The position numbers and the translations under genes were made by a program. A DNA stretch of 59,580 nucleotides, counting the filler, from Limisphaerales bacterium (GTDB lineage Bacteria; Verrucomicrobiota; Verrucomicrobiia; Limisphaerales; SIBE01), in NCBI GenBank assembly GCA_044225505.1. It is 3 parts of 3 records of this genome, joined end to end, with 100 filler letters (N's around TTAATTAATTAA, not from the genome) between each part and the next. Parts side by side here need not be neighbours in the genome. Positions count along the whole stretch, not along the records: positions 1 to 20,416 come from JBGAIN010000153.1; 2 more parts are not named here. One strand, given 5' to 3'. How positions within the stretch are numbered: the first letter of the stretch is position 1; each line of letters opens with the position of its first letter. Below the pieces are notes generated by a model. That model was given only the letters and a program-made list of their open reading frames with translations. It was not told the DNA's origin and did no database searches. Of the stretch, positions 1 to 9,409 are shown piece after piece.

Positions 1-69
1 CGCTCTATAAAATGTCCATCGGCTCTGTAACGGCCGTACACCTTAGGACATTCAAAGCAAAGAATTACG

Positions 70-587
70 CTAAAGCGATCGAAAGGTCATAAATCCCTGA
101 CTGAGCACCTGCGCTTGACCACAGCCAGTCTGCAGACTTGAAACCTCACGAATCATGTAAACTAGTTCGGAGTTCGATCGCGAGGGATCGTCAAAAGAAG
201 ATGTTGCAGGTCCGGCCGTAGTTAGGCGAGTAAATGGCCCATCAACGCTAGCTCCCCGATAGACATGTGCCATTGCTGATTCTCCGCCGCTCCAGGAAAC
301 CCGCGCTACCGTGCCCGCTTGGTCTACAACACTGGCGGCGGTGGGCCCTTTGATGATTAGCGGTCTCAAAGTAGGATCTCCCATCAGGGCCAAACAACGC
401 GATCGATCATTAGCCCAGACCTGGCCGTTGACCATATTCACGAAGGCCATCCCGATCGGGTCGCCGAGCGCACAACCATCCAGCCGCCAACGACAATTCC
501 TGACCCACATGGCGCCCAGCCCGTACTGATTCGCAGTCAAGACGGACCTTAGGAAATCTGATGGATACGGGTTTGCCGTATACTTGC
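70..587 (-). pseudogene. 5'-truncated C-terminal fragment of a secreted gingipain/C25-like + FN3-like protein
   Basis: Motifs DFLRSVL..YGL..W, ALMGDPTLR, HVYRG...GPFTRLT and YMIR...SQG resemble C-termini of Verrucomicrobia secreted proteins. The frame is open upstream of the TTG at 540 into the transposon inverted repeat (588) and hits a stop at 598-600, with no ATG or signal peptide. Confidence 0.55.
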
Positions 588-1735
588 CTCCGCAGGGTCA
601 GCCCTTGAAATAGTATTTAAGCGGCGGTTTAAGTGGGCCGAAAGGTTGCGGGGGCTCAATGAGGGAAACTGATTGAATGAGACGGGCGGCGGGCATAGCC
701 TGCAGCCATGGCGAGGTTGCTCCGCGTTCAATTTCCAGGGGCCATTTACCACGTTACCGTCCGTGGCAACGAACGGCGGCTGATGTTCCGTGATGATGGC
801 GATCGAGCCCAGTTTTTGGCGAAGGTGGCCGAGTCGAAGGAACTCTATGGGGTGCGCCTTTTTCTGGTTTGTCTTATGCCCAATCACTTCCATCTGCTGC
901 TCGAAACGCCCGGGGGCAATTTGAGCCAGTATATGGGAAGGATGATGACGGCTTACACGATCTGGTTCAACAAACGCCATCATCGAGCCGGTCATTTGAC
1001 CCAAGGCCGCTTTGGGGCCCAGCTGGTTGAAGGCAATGAGTACTTTCTGAAACTGAGCCGCTACATCCACCTCAACCCGATCTGTGGCAAGCGGTGGAAA
1101 GGCGTGCCGCTGGAGCAGCGCCAGAACGAATTGAGAAGCTATGTCTGGAGCACCTACCGGAGCTACGCCGGACTGGAAGCCGAGTGGCCCTATGTCGATT
1201 ATGGGCCTGTGCGCGCCTTGGTTGGAGAGGGGTGGCAGAGCGATTACGCCACTTACGTTGAGACGGGCATGGCCCGTGATGACGCAGAATTCGCGGCCCT
1301 TTACCGGCGGGCGCGTTTGAGCCTCGGATCCGGCAAGTTCACAGAACAAGTGCGCCAGGCGCACGAAGAGGTGGTGCGGAAAGCAGGGCGGGCCGAGGAC
1401 GCAGCGCTGCGGCGAAGCAGGCGCTGGCGCACCGTGGAAGAGACGCTTGGCACGGTGGCGACTGTATTGGGAGTCGGAGAAGCGCACTTGCGGGAACGGC
1501 GGCGCGGATTGGTGGCCCGGGCGGCAGCGGCATGGGCCTTGGTCCGGTACGCCGGGTTAAGCCAGCGAGGCGCCGCGACGGTGTTGGGAGTGGGAACCGG
1601 GGCGGCTGTCAGCCACCAGATTGCCAAATGGCAGGAAATGATCGGCCAGGAACAGTCTTGGCGGGATCTCGCCGACGATCTGGACCTGAAACTGCAGAAT
1701 GGCTAAATACTAATTCAAGGGCTGACCCTGCGGAG
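588..1735. mobile_element. Y1 (HUH) transposase element bounded by 32-bp terminal inverted repeats
   Basis: 588-619 CTCCGCAGGGTCAGCCCTTGAAATAGTATTTA versus the reverse complement of 1704-1735 gives 31/32 identity. The repeats enclose one transposase ORF. No target duplication seen. Confidence 0.8.
708..1706 (+). CDS. REP-associated tyrosine transposase-like (IS200/Y1_Tnp) protein with C-terminal HTH (DnaA-C-like)
   Basis: MARLLRVQFPGAIYHVTVRGN, HUH motif LMPNHFHLLL, GHL.QGRF, catalytic YIHLNP, Y.WS.Y; C-terminal helical HTH-like region. Confidence 0.92.
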   Translation: MARLLRVQFPGAIYHVTVRGNERRLMFRDDGDRAQFLAKVAESKELYGVRLFLVCLMPNHFHLLLETPGGNLSQYMGRMMTAYTIWFNKRHHRAGHLTQGRFGAQLVEGNEYFLKLSRYIHLNPICGKRWKGVPLEQRQNELRSYVWSTYRSYAGLEAEWPYVDYGPVRALVGEGWQSDYATYVETGMARDDAEFAALYRRARLSLGSGKFTEQVRQAHEEVVRKAGRAEDAALRRSRRWRTVEETLGTVATVLGVGEAHLRERRRGLVARAAAAWALVRYAGLSQRGAATVLGVGTGAAVSHQIAKWQEMIGQEQSWRDLADDLDLKLQNG

Positions 1736-1940
1736 CTAAACGAAGCCGAACGGCCTGGGCCGCGGCAGAAATATGTCAATGTGCCTGCCTGACCCCGCAC
1801 CGGCTTCACTCCACAAGAGAATGCAAACGACCAAGTGCGGGAATTGTCGAATGCGGAAATCCGGCCGCGATTCACGGAACGAGTCCCGGTCTAAAATCCT
1901 CTCTTGAATCGCTAACGCTGCAAGGTCCATGTTACCCGCC

Positions 1941-3098
1941 ATGCGACGCAGAACGTTTCTCGTGAGGCTTGGCCGAGTTGGATTGGGTTCCTGCGTTCTT
2001 GCCCTTACGCCGAGACCTTCTCATGCCAAGAGCAAGATTCTCGTGGAGGATCTAAAAGTGGTAATCCCGAAGTTGATGGAGGAGTCGACTGTTCCTGGTC
2101 TTTCCATTGCTCTTCTGGACCAAGGAGAAATGCTAAGCTCCATGGGTTTCGGCGTTAGGGACAACACCACAAAAGATTTGGTCGATCAAGAAACGCTATT
2201 TGAAGCGGCGTCGGTGAGCAAGACCGTGTTTGCATATGCGGTCATGAAACTTTGTGAGACTGGGGTTCTCGATTTGGATAGGCCGTTAGTCAAATACGGC
2301 GCAAAGCCATTGCTGGAAGGGGATTCTCGGATGGAGCAGATCACGGCGAGACATGTCTTGTCTCATACGAGTGGGTTTCAGGACTTTCGTTCGCGCAAAC
2401 AACCCCTGAAAATTCATTTCACGCCCGGAGAGAAGTTTCTCTATTCGGGTGAGGGTTATTATTATCTGCAATCGGCGATGACTCATCTGACGGGACAGGT
2501 TGAGGCAGGAGATTGCGCGAAATATGAAAGTGACTTTGAGGTCTGCGGGACCGATTTTGATCCGTATCTGAAGCGAACATTGCTGCAACCGTTCGGCATG
2601 AAGACCAGCGGTTACCTTTGGAGCGACATCTTGGCAAAACATTCCGCCAGCCCACACGACGTGGCAGGGAGGCCTTCCCCTAAGAAAAAGCCGAGATCAC
2701 CGGACGTGGCGCGGTATGGGGCGTGCGGAGGCTTGCACACCACTGCGACCGAGTACGCGAAGTTTCTGATGGAGATTGTAAATCCTAAACCGAGCGACGC
2801 ATTCCGCCTTACTGCGAAAAGTTTGCGTGAGATGGTGCGTCCGCAGATTAGGCTGCCGGAGTTGGAGAAGATCGACGGTGCGGATTCGTGGGCAATAGGC
2901 TGGGCTGTCCAAGAGCGCAAGACGGGGCCTGTCTTGGTGCATTCTGGCGGGCAAGCCGGATTCCAATCTCTAACCATGGTATCGCTCGAGCGCAAATCAG
3001 GTTTCATCGCCCTGACCAATAGCGACAACGGCTGGAAGATCTTTCACAATCCGGTTTTCAGCGAATTGATGAATCAAGTATTGGTGGGACCGGTCTGA
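1941..3098 (+). CDS. Serine hydrolase, beta-lactamase class C/AmpC-like family, Tat-exported
   Basis: Twin-arginine leader MRRRTFL; SxxK motif (ASVSK); LSHTSG; YSGEGY; HSGG. Confidence 0.88.
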   Translation: MRRRTFLVRLGRVGLGSCVLALTPRPSHAKSKILVEDLKVVIPKLMEESTVPGLSIALLDQGEMLSSMGFGVRDNTTKDLVDQETLFEAASVSKTVFAYAVMKLCETGVLDLDRPLVKYGAKPLLEGDSRMEQITARHVLSHTSGFQDFRSRKQPLKIHFTPGEKFLYSGEGYYYLQSAMTHLTGQVEAGDCAKYESDFEVCGTDFDPYLKRTLLQPFGMKTSGYLWSDILAKHSASPHDVAGRPSPKKKPRSPDVARYGACGGLHTTATEYAKFLMEIVNPKPSDAFRLTAKSLREMVRPQIRLPELEKIDGADSWAIGWAVQERKTGPVLVHSGGQAGFQSLTMVSLERKSGFIALTNSDNGWKIFHNPVFSELMNQVLVGPV

Positions 3099-3673
3099 GC
3101 GGCGGGTGGCGGAACATTCGTGGGGATCGACCGTTAAAGGTGCGGCCGGTGGGCTGAGTGAGAGCTGAGCGCGCAACGGCGAGGAGGCGGCCCACAGCGG
3201 CGGACTGCGAATCGGAAGCGCGCAAAAAGGCTTGCTGTCGCCGAGGGGTGGAGTTTTGGAGTCCTGTGTCCCAGAAACAAGCGGCCGTGGTTGAGAGGTT
3301 TGTCATTTCGTGAACGTTAAGGTTCGTGCTTGCGCTCAGTTATCGAGCCCATCGTTGGGCTGCAACGAAGTGATGGGGCGTGTTCGGGGGAGTCTTGTGT
3401 CCAGTCTCCTGAAGAGACGGAGCGCCTTGGGGGAAGACGGGCCAGAAACAGGCTCAAAAAGCGCCCGGGATTCATTGGATGCACGACTTAGAAAAAGCTC
3501 CTAAAACGTTCTTGGAGCGCGTTGGCGAGGGGTTATGGCTCGCATTGTGAACTCTCGAGATTGACGCGGCTTGAGCGCAGCATCAACGACGCGTCGAGGC
3601 GTGCGCTGAATCGAGGACGAGCAAGCGCTGCGGCCGATCTGGCGGAGTCAGCCGCGCGCTGTAACCGTCGGGC

Positions 3674-6600
3674 CTATTTGATCCAGTGCAGCTTTGCGCA
3701 GAAGATGTAATAAAGGACCGGCAATGCGACGAGCGTCAACGTTGTGGCAAAGAGGAGACCGAAGATATGAACGGCGGTGAGTGGGCGCCACAGTTCGCCG
3801 CCGGTTAAGTTGAGCGGGATCAATCCGCCGACCGTCGCAAGGACGGTCACGAGGACAGCGCGGAGGCGAACCAGGCCAGCTTGGACCAGGGCTTCTTTCA
3901 ATTCCATGCCCTCGGCGCGCGCTTCTTCGATGAAGTCGGAGAGGACGATGATATGACTGACCACCACGCCGGCTAGGCTCATAATCCCGATGAAAGCCAG
4001 GAATCCGAGGGAGGCACCCGTGGCGGCCAATCCCATGAAGGCGCCAATGATCCCGAGCGGGACTGTCAGCATGACGACCATGGATTTGGTGACGGAATTG
4101 AATTGGATGATCATGGCCAGCGTGATCAACGCCAAGGAAATGGCCATTACCCGGCCGATCTCCTCTTTGCTTTTTCGCAGTTCCTTATCTTCACCGGCGT
4201 ACTCGAGTTTGCAGCCAGGGGGAAGGGCCATTTTGCTGATCGCCGCGCGGGCGCGGGCCAGGACTTCGGACGGGAGTTCGCCGAAGCCGGAGAAAGACTT
4301 CACCGTCACGGACCGCATCTTGTTGAAATGTGCGATGGTCGCGTATTCGGGTTTCAGATTGACGCTGGCAAAGCTGTCGAGCGGGACGAGTTGATCGCGC
4401 ATGGAACGGACGTAAAGCGTGCGGATCTTGTCCGCTTCGTTGCGTTCCTCAATGCGGAGACGGACTTTGACGGGCACCAAGTGGTCTCCTTCGCGCAGTT
4501 CGGTGACTTTAACGCCGGCGAACGCGGTTTGGGCGATGCGACCGATCTGGGAGTTTTGAATGCCCAAGGTGTTCGCACGTTCCTGGTCGATATCGATTTG
4601 GACGACGGGCATCCGCCGGCCCAGGTCGTCGTGCACTTTGTATCCGCCCGCGTCGCGGACCGCCTTGGCGACGTCATCCGCCGTGGCGCGCAAGCGATCG
4701 AGGTCTTCCCCGATCAGACGGACTTGAATGGGGGATTCGACTGGGGGACCTTGCTCCAACTGTTTGACCACACAACGAGCGCCCACAATCTCGCGATCGA
4801 GTTCCTGCCGCAATTGGACGATCAACGGAGGCACATCCTCATCGTGACGGGTGACGACGAGGACTTGGGCGAGGTACGGCGCATTCTCCTTGGGGGAGAC
4901 GGTGATAAAGAACCGGGGAGCGGTGCCGCCAGCGAAGATGGCCGCGCTCTGAATGGCGTCGTGCTTCTTCAAGACTTCGGTGACTTGCTGGCAGACCCCT
5001 CGGGTTTGCAGCAAAGAGGCCGATTCGGGAAGTTCGATATCGATGAGCAGTTGATTGCGTTCGGCCGGCGGGAAGAATTGCGCTCCGAAAAATGCGGTTA
5101 AGCCGAAGCTGGCCACGAGCAGCCCGTAAGCGACGCCCACGGTGCGAAACGGTCGGGCCAGTGCGGCTTGCAGGAGCCGTTTGTAACGAGGCAGAGTCGC
5201 GATGAGCAACTTATCGACCGGTTTGAACAAGAAGAACGAGCGCATTTCTCCGCCCGTTTCCATGCCTTTCTGACCACGCAGTAGATAATAAGCGAGGAGC
5301 GGGATGAAGCTCATGGAGACGATCCGGGACGAGACTAAGGCCAGCGTGACAACAATCGGAAGGGCGAAGATGTAAGCGCCTTTATCACCGGGTAGCAGCG
5401 CCAGAGGAAGGAAGGCAACGATGTTAATGATCGTTCCGAAAAGAATGGCATGGCGCAAGCGGTAGGGTCCGAACCAAGCCGCAACGGAGCGCGGTTGGCC
5501 ATGAGCGAGCTCACGGTTGATGGCGTCGGAAGCCACCACGGGATCATCGACCAGCATTCCCAGCGCGATAATGAGCGCGGCAATCGAGATCTGGTGGAGG
5601 GGGATGCCGAGCAGCGCCATGCCGCCGAACGTCATGGCGACCGTCAAGGGAATGGCGGTGGCCACCACGAGGGCGGAGCGCCAGTCCATGAGGAACAAGG
5701 CCACCAGAACGACCACCACGACCGCTTCCATAAAACAGCGCATGAAGTGATGGATCCGATGCGCGACGGAGGAGGGTTGATCGGACAGGGTCACGATTTC
5801 GATTCCTTCGGGCAGGCGCGGTTGGGCCTCCTGCAAAGCCCGGCGCACGGCCTCATTGAAGTCGCCGATGATATTTCCCTCTTTCATTTCGATGGCGAGG
5901 AGAACGGATCGCGCTTGCGCGAGTGAAGCAGGAGCGTGTTGACATTGCTCGGCGGGACATTCTCCGGTTGCATTCGGGTCCGCTTGGGTCGGAATTGCCG
6001 CACGCGGGTTTGAACCGATGCCAGTGGTCGAGAGAGGAGCTTTCGCGCACGGTTTCATTCCAGGAGCCGAAGGCTGGCGGTGCAGCACTTCCACATTATA
6101 GGAAATCGGATTCTCGTAGCCGCGACGCACTTCGAAGACATCGCGCAAGTAAGCTGGATTCCCATCCTTCGTCATTCCGACGATCGCACCGAGCATTTCA
6201 TCTTCGTTTTGAAATTCGCCCGAGAGTTGGACCGGGAAATTCTGGCCCTCGGCGCGGAAGGTCCCCCCAGGAATGACGCTATTGCGGGAGGAAATGGCAT
6301 TCATCACTTCGTCGCCGGTGATCTTGAATCCATTCAACCCGGCGACGGAGAAGAGGAGATCGACCTCTTCACTGACGTTGCCGATCTTGCGGACGCGGCC
6401 GACGCTGGAGATTTGTTTGACCTCGTTCTCGAGCGTTTCCGCGGCGCGTTCCAGTTCGCGATAGGAATAACGCGGCATGGCCGCAGCCCGCAGAGCGGGG
6501 AGAGGATCTTCGTTGCCGACCAAAATAATGGGCGGACCGAGGTCCGGGTGCGGCTCCGCCTCGGATCCAACGAGGGCGCGAGTGAATCGATCGACGAACT

Positions 6601-7342
6601 GTCGGATCTCAGCCCGATTCGCCTCCGTCTTGAATTCGGCGAGGATGAACGCTTTGCCATGGACCATTTTGATGTCATCGCCCAGCTTGGCCAAAGCGAG
6701 TGCGCTCTCGAACCGGTCGCTGATGGCTGCCCGGTAGGTCTCGGAGATTGTCGGAGGAAAGAAGGCCAGGGTCGCGGCGCGTCCCTCCGCACCAGTGGTC
6801 TCACGGACTTTGGCCAAACGCGCGCGGATGAGATTGGCGCGAGCGATTGTTTCGGCGTCACTGGCCGGAGGACTTGTCACGCTAAAGAGGAGGGTGACGG
6901 TATTGCCGAAGTCCGTATCAAGGTTCGGAGTGCCACAACCTTCGGGCAGCGTTACTTCTCGGAGCTTGGCCCGCAGCTTATCCCATTCTTGTTGGACGCG
7001 GGCTTCACTGTCCGGCCGTTGTTTCACCGTGATGACCGAAACGCCCGGCCGGGATTGCGAAGAGATTTCTTCGATCGATTCCAGCTCGTCGATCTTATCT
7101 TCCAGTTTCTTGGTAACGAGGTGCTCTAGTTTGAGCGCGCCCGCGCCGGAAAAGCGAGTCACAACCAGCGCGGTCCGGGACGGGATCTTGGCATCCTCCT
7201 GCTGGGGCAGGGAGCGATACGATGCCCAGCCCCAAATCAGAACGGCGATGAGGGCCATCCAAGCGACTTCCCGATGTTTAACGCAATACTCGGCCAAGCC
7301 GCCGTGCGACGCGCTTGGGTTGGCAGATTCGGTGTGTTGCAT
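3674..7342 (-). CDS. RND efflux permease subunit (AcrB/CusA superfamily), unusually long (about 1222 aa)
   Basis: Start MQHTES at 7342. Motifs ALIIALGMLVDD and RLRAVLVTVLATVGGLIPL; two periplasmic loops and a 12-TM pattern. Confidence 0.93.
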   Translation of the reverse strand: MQHTESANPSASHGGLAEYCVKHREVAWMALIAVLIWGWASYRSLPQQEDAKIPSRTALVVTRFSGAGALKLEHLVTKKLEDKIDELESIEEISSQSRPGVSVITVKQRPDSEARVQQEWDKLRAKLREVTLPEGCGTPNLDTDFGNTVTLLFSVTSPPASDAETIARANLIRARLAKVRETTGAEGRAATLAFFPPTISETYRAAISDRFESALALAKLGDDIKMVHGKAFILAEFKTEANRAEIRQFVDRFTRALVGSEAEPHPDLGPPIILVGNEDPLPALRAAAMPRYSYRELERAAETLENEVKQISSVGRVRKIGNVSEEVDLLFSVAGLNGFKITGDEVMNAISSRNSVIPGGTFRAEGQNFPVQLSGEFQNEDEMLGAIVGMTKDGNPAYLRDVFEVRRGYENPISYNVEVLHRQPSAPGMKPCAKAPLSTTGIGSNPRAAIPTQADPNATGECPAEQCQHAPASLAQARSVLLAIEMKEGNIIGDFNEAVRRALQEAQPRLPEGIEIVTLSDQPSSVAHRIHHFMRCFMEAVVVVVLVALFLMDWRSALVVATAIPLTVAMTFGGMALLGIPLHQISIAALIIALGMLVDDPVVASDAINRELAHGQPRSVAAWFGPYRLRHAILFGTIINIVAFLPLALLPGDKGAYIFALPIVVTLALVSSRIVSMSFIPLLAYYLLRGQKGMETGGEMRSFFLFKPVDKLLIATLPRYKRLLQAALARPFRTVGVAYGLLVASFGLTAFFGAQFFPPAERNQLLIDIELPESASLLQTRGVCQQVTEVLKKHDAIQSAAIFAGGTAPRFFITVSPKENAPYLAQVLVVTRHDEDVPPLIVQLRQELDREIVGARCVVKQLEQGPPVESPIQVRLIGEDLDRLRATADDVAKAVRDAGGYKVHDDLGRRMPVVQIDIDQERANTLGIQNSQIGRIAQTAFAGVKVTELREGDHLVPVKVRLRIEERNEADKIRTLYVRSMRDQLVPLDSFASVNLKPEYATIAHFNKMRSVTVKSFSGFGELPSEVLARARAAISKMALPPGCKLEYAGEDKELRKSKEEIGRVMAISLALITLAMIIQFNSVTKSMVVMLTVPLGIIGAFMGLAATGASLGFLAFIGIMSLAGVVVSHIIVLSDFIEEARAEGMELKEALVQAGLVRLRAVLVTVLATVGGLIPLNLTGGELWRPLTAVHIFGLLFATTLTLVALPVLYYIFCAKLHWIK

Positions 7343-7439
7343 AAAATTCTCTCTCTTGACGTGCGGGCGTTGACAACCTGCTGCGTGTTTCTGTTTTGGA
7401 GGATTGTCGGTGATCTCGGCCAAAGGTCTGGATTGCGCC

Positions 7440-8522
7440 TCAGAGTTTCTCACCCTCGCGTGCGTCGACGAGCGCACCCTCGTAGAGGGTGCTCGCGCCC
7501 GCGGTGACGATCCGTTCCCCAGCTTTGAGACCTTCGGTGACAATGACAGAGCTGCGAACCAGGTCATCGGTGCGAACCGGGCGTTCATGCGCGCGGCCAT
7601 CGCTGTCCACGACAAAAACGGCCAGTTGATTGGGATCGTGGCCGTGGCTGGCGCTGACCAGGGCAGACAACGGAATCACCGTGGAACCGCGGGGAAAGTG
7701 CGCCAGATCTTCGAATGCCACCGATGCGGTCATTCCCGATCGGAGAAGTCCTTCGGAATTGGGGACCTTGATAACGACACGAAAGAGGCGAGCCCCATCT
7801 TTGGCCGCGACACCGACTTCCGAGACTCGCCCGACGAACGTCTTGGATTCGAACGTTGTGACTTTGACCGGGAACTCACTGCCGACCCGGACGCGCGCGA
7901 GCAAACGATCGGGAATTCCCAGCTCGACCGACATCTGACGGAGGTCGGCGAGTTTGAGGATCGGTTTACCCACGCTTACGGTTTCACCATTATTCACCGA
8001 GCGGGAGACGATCGTGCCGTCGTAGGGAGCGCGCAGCGCCGAGTCCTTGAGTGCCTGCTCGGCCAGCGCGAGCGAAGCGTCCGAGGCGTGACGGGCAGCT
8101 ACGGCTGCTTCATACTCCTGCTGAGAAACCGCGCCGATCTGACGCAGCTTTGTTTCGCGCTCGTGTTGCTGGCGGTCCATTTCGGCTTTGGCGGTGGACG
8201 ATTTTAGGGAACTTACAAAGTCCTCCTGTTTGAGGCGGGCGAGCAGTTCTCCTTTTTTGACGGCGACTCCTTCCCCCCAATCCTGGGAATCACTTTCCCG
8301 TCCGACAAGTTCCAGGACGCCGCCCACTTTGAAGCTGAGGTCGGTTTCGACGTCGCCTTTGAGCATGGCGATGTACTCGGAGCGGGATTGAATCGGAGAG
8401 GATGCCAAACTCTCGGCAGCGACAACGCGGACGATGTTTTTCTGAGGTTGGGTTGGAGGATATTGTTGGCAGCCCGTGAGCATGGCGGAAACGAGGCTGC
8501 ATGCGATGCGGATTAGTTTCAT
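7440..8522 (-). CDS. RND periplasmic adaptor (membrane fusion protein), lipoprotein
   Basis: Lipobox LTGC; LSFKVGG, LRAPYDG, LRSGMTA, GLKAGERIVTAG. Confidence 0.92.
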   Translation of the reverse strand: MKLIRIACSLVSAMLTGCQQYPPTQPQKNIVRVVAAESLASSPIQSRSEYIAMLKGDVETDLSFKVGGVLELVGRESDSQDWGEGVAVKKGELLARLKQEDFVSSLKSSTAKAEMDRQQHERETKLRQIGAVSQQEYEAAVAARHASDASLALAEQALKDSALRAPYDGTIVSRSVNNGETVSVGKPILKLADLRQMSVELGIPDRLLARVRVGSEFPVKVTTFESKTFVGRVSEVGVAAKDGARLFRVVIKVPNSEGLLRSGMTASVAFEDLAHFPRGSTVIPLSALVSASHGHDPNQLAVFVVDSDGRAHERPVRTDDLVRSSVIVTEGLKAGERIVTAGASTLYEGALVDAREGEKL

Positions 8523-8585
8523 GAGATTTAATGTGGTTAAGTGTTTGGTGATGCGAACCGGAGGAGGGTTGGAGGTTGCGAGAAA

Positions 8586-9329
8586 CTAGTTAGCAGCGAT
8601 TGTGGGCATGCTCTGGGTGCGTTGCACGACCTCCGCGGCAATCTGGACGGCGGTCTGCTTCACATTCCGTTCCAGGTCCTTTCCGGCGATCACAAACCGA
8701 GCCGCGGCGCCGGCGGGTCCGAGGGCAATCATGGGGCCCGCCCCGGGGGCTTTGCCGCTGTCGGCTGCGGTTTGAAGTTGATAAAAGAGCTTGGGCGGGC
8801 CTTGAGAGAGATCCTTCACATCAACCAAGACCTGCAAGTCCGTCTTGCCCATGCCAAATCCGATCAGAGCCCGACGCAACTGGTTGCCCTGGTTGACTTC
8901 GGTGAAGACCCCTCGCACGAGCCACCCTTGCGCCGGCGCGACTTCCCCAGGCGCCAGCCGCCGCGCGTTGACGCCACCTTTACTCAACTCTTTCACCAAC
9001 TTCGTGCTGAGGGTGTCGACCAACTTTCGCGCGAGCGTTTGCGGGTCTTTTGAAGATCCTGGCATGGGTGGAAGCATCTCCCCGAGCGGGCCGGGCAACT
9101 TTCCAGGCGCAGGCAACAAGCCTGGCTCGGACTGGATCCTGGCTGCGTCGAGATCGAAGTCGGCGACGTAAATCGTTACCGGACGAGCGACGGATGGAGC
9201 GGAGATCTCGCGCCGTTGCGCGATTTTGGCCGTTCCACAGCTGCACAGGAGCAAGCAGAGGAGAGTGGAGAGAATTGCGCGTGGGCCGCGCGAACGGAGA
9301 TGCGGGGCTGGAGCTATGGCTGAGTTCAT
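8586..9329 (-). CDS. DUF4410-like lipoprotein
   Basis: Lipobox LCSC; IYVADF and G.FTEVNQGNQLRRALIGFG.G motifs. Confidence 0.7.
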   Translation of the reverse strand: MNSAIAPAPHLRSRGPRAILSTLLCLLLCSCGTAKIAQRREISAPSVARPVTIYVADFDLDAARIQSEPGLLPAPGKLPGPLGEMLPPMPGSSKDPQTLARKLVDTLSTKLVKELSKGGVNARRLAPGEVAPAQGWLVRGVFTEVNQGNQLRRALIGFGMGKTDLQVLVDVKDLSQGPPKLFYQLQTAADSGKAPGAGPMIALGPAGAAARFVIAGKDLERNVKQTAVQIAAEVVQRTQSMPTIAAN

Positions 9330-9409
9330 AGGGATTTCCTTTTGGACGAGATCAAGGTTGAGCCTCGTTCGGACTCTTTTTCAGGCGACCGAGCGAAGGC
9401 GGTTTCAGG

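Noticed and set aside
549..1487. 312-aa minus-strand ORF
   Set aside because: Antisense shadow of the transposase; no motifs.
4103..8207. Long plus-strand ORFs (4103-5101, 6080-7129, 7404-8207)
   Set aside because: Antisense shadows of the RND and adaptor genes, typical of GC-rich DNA.
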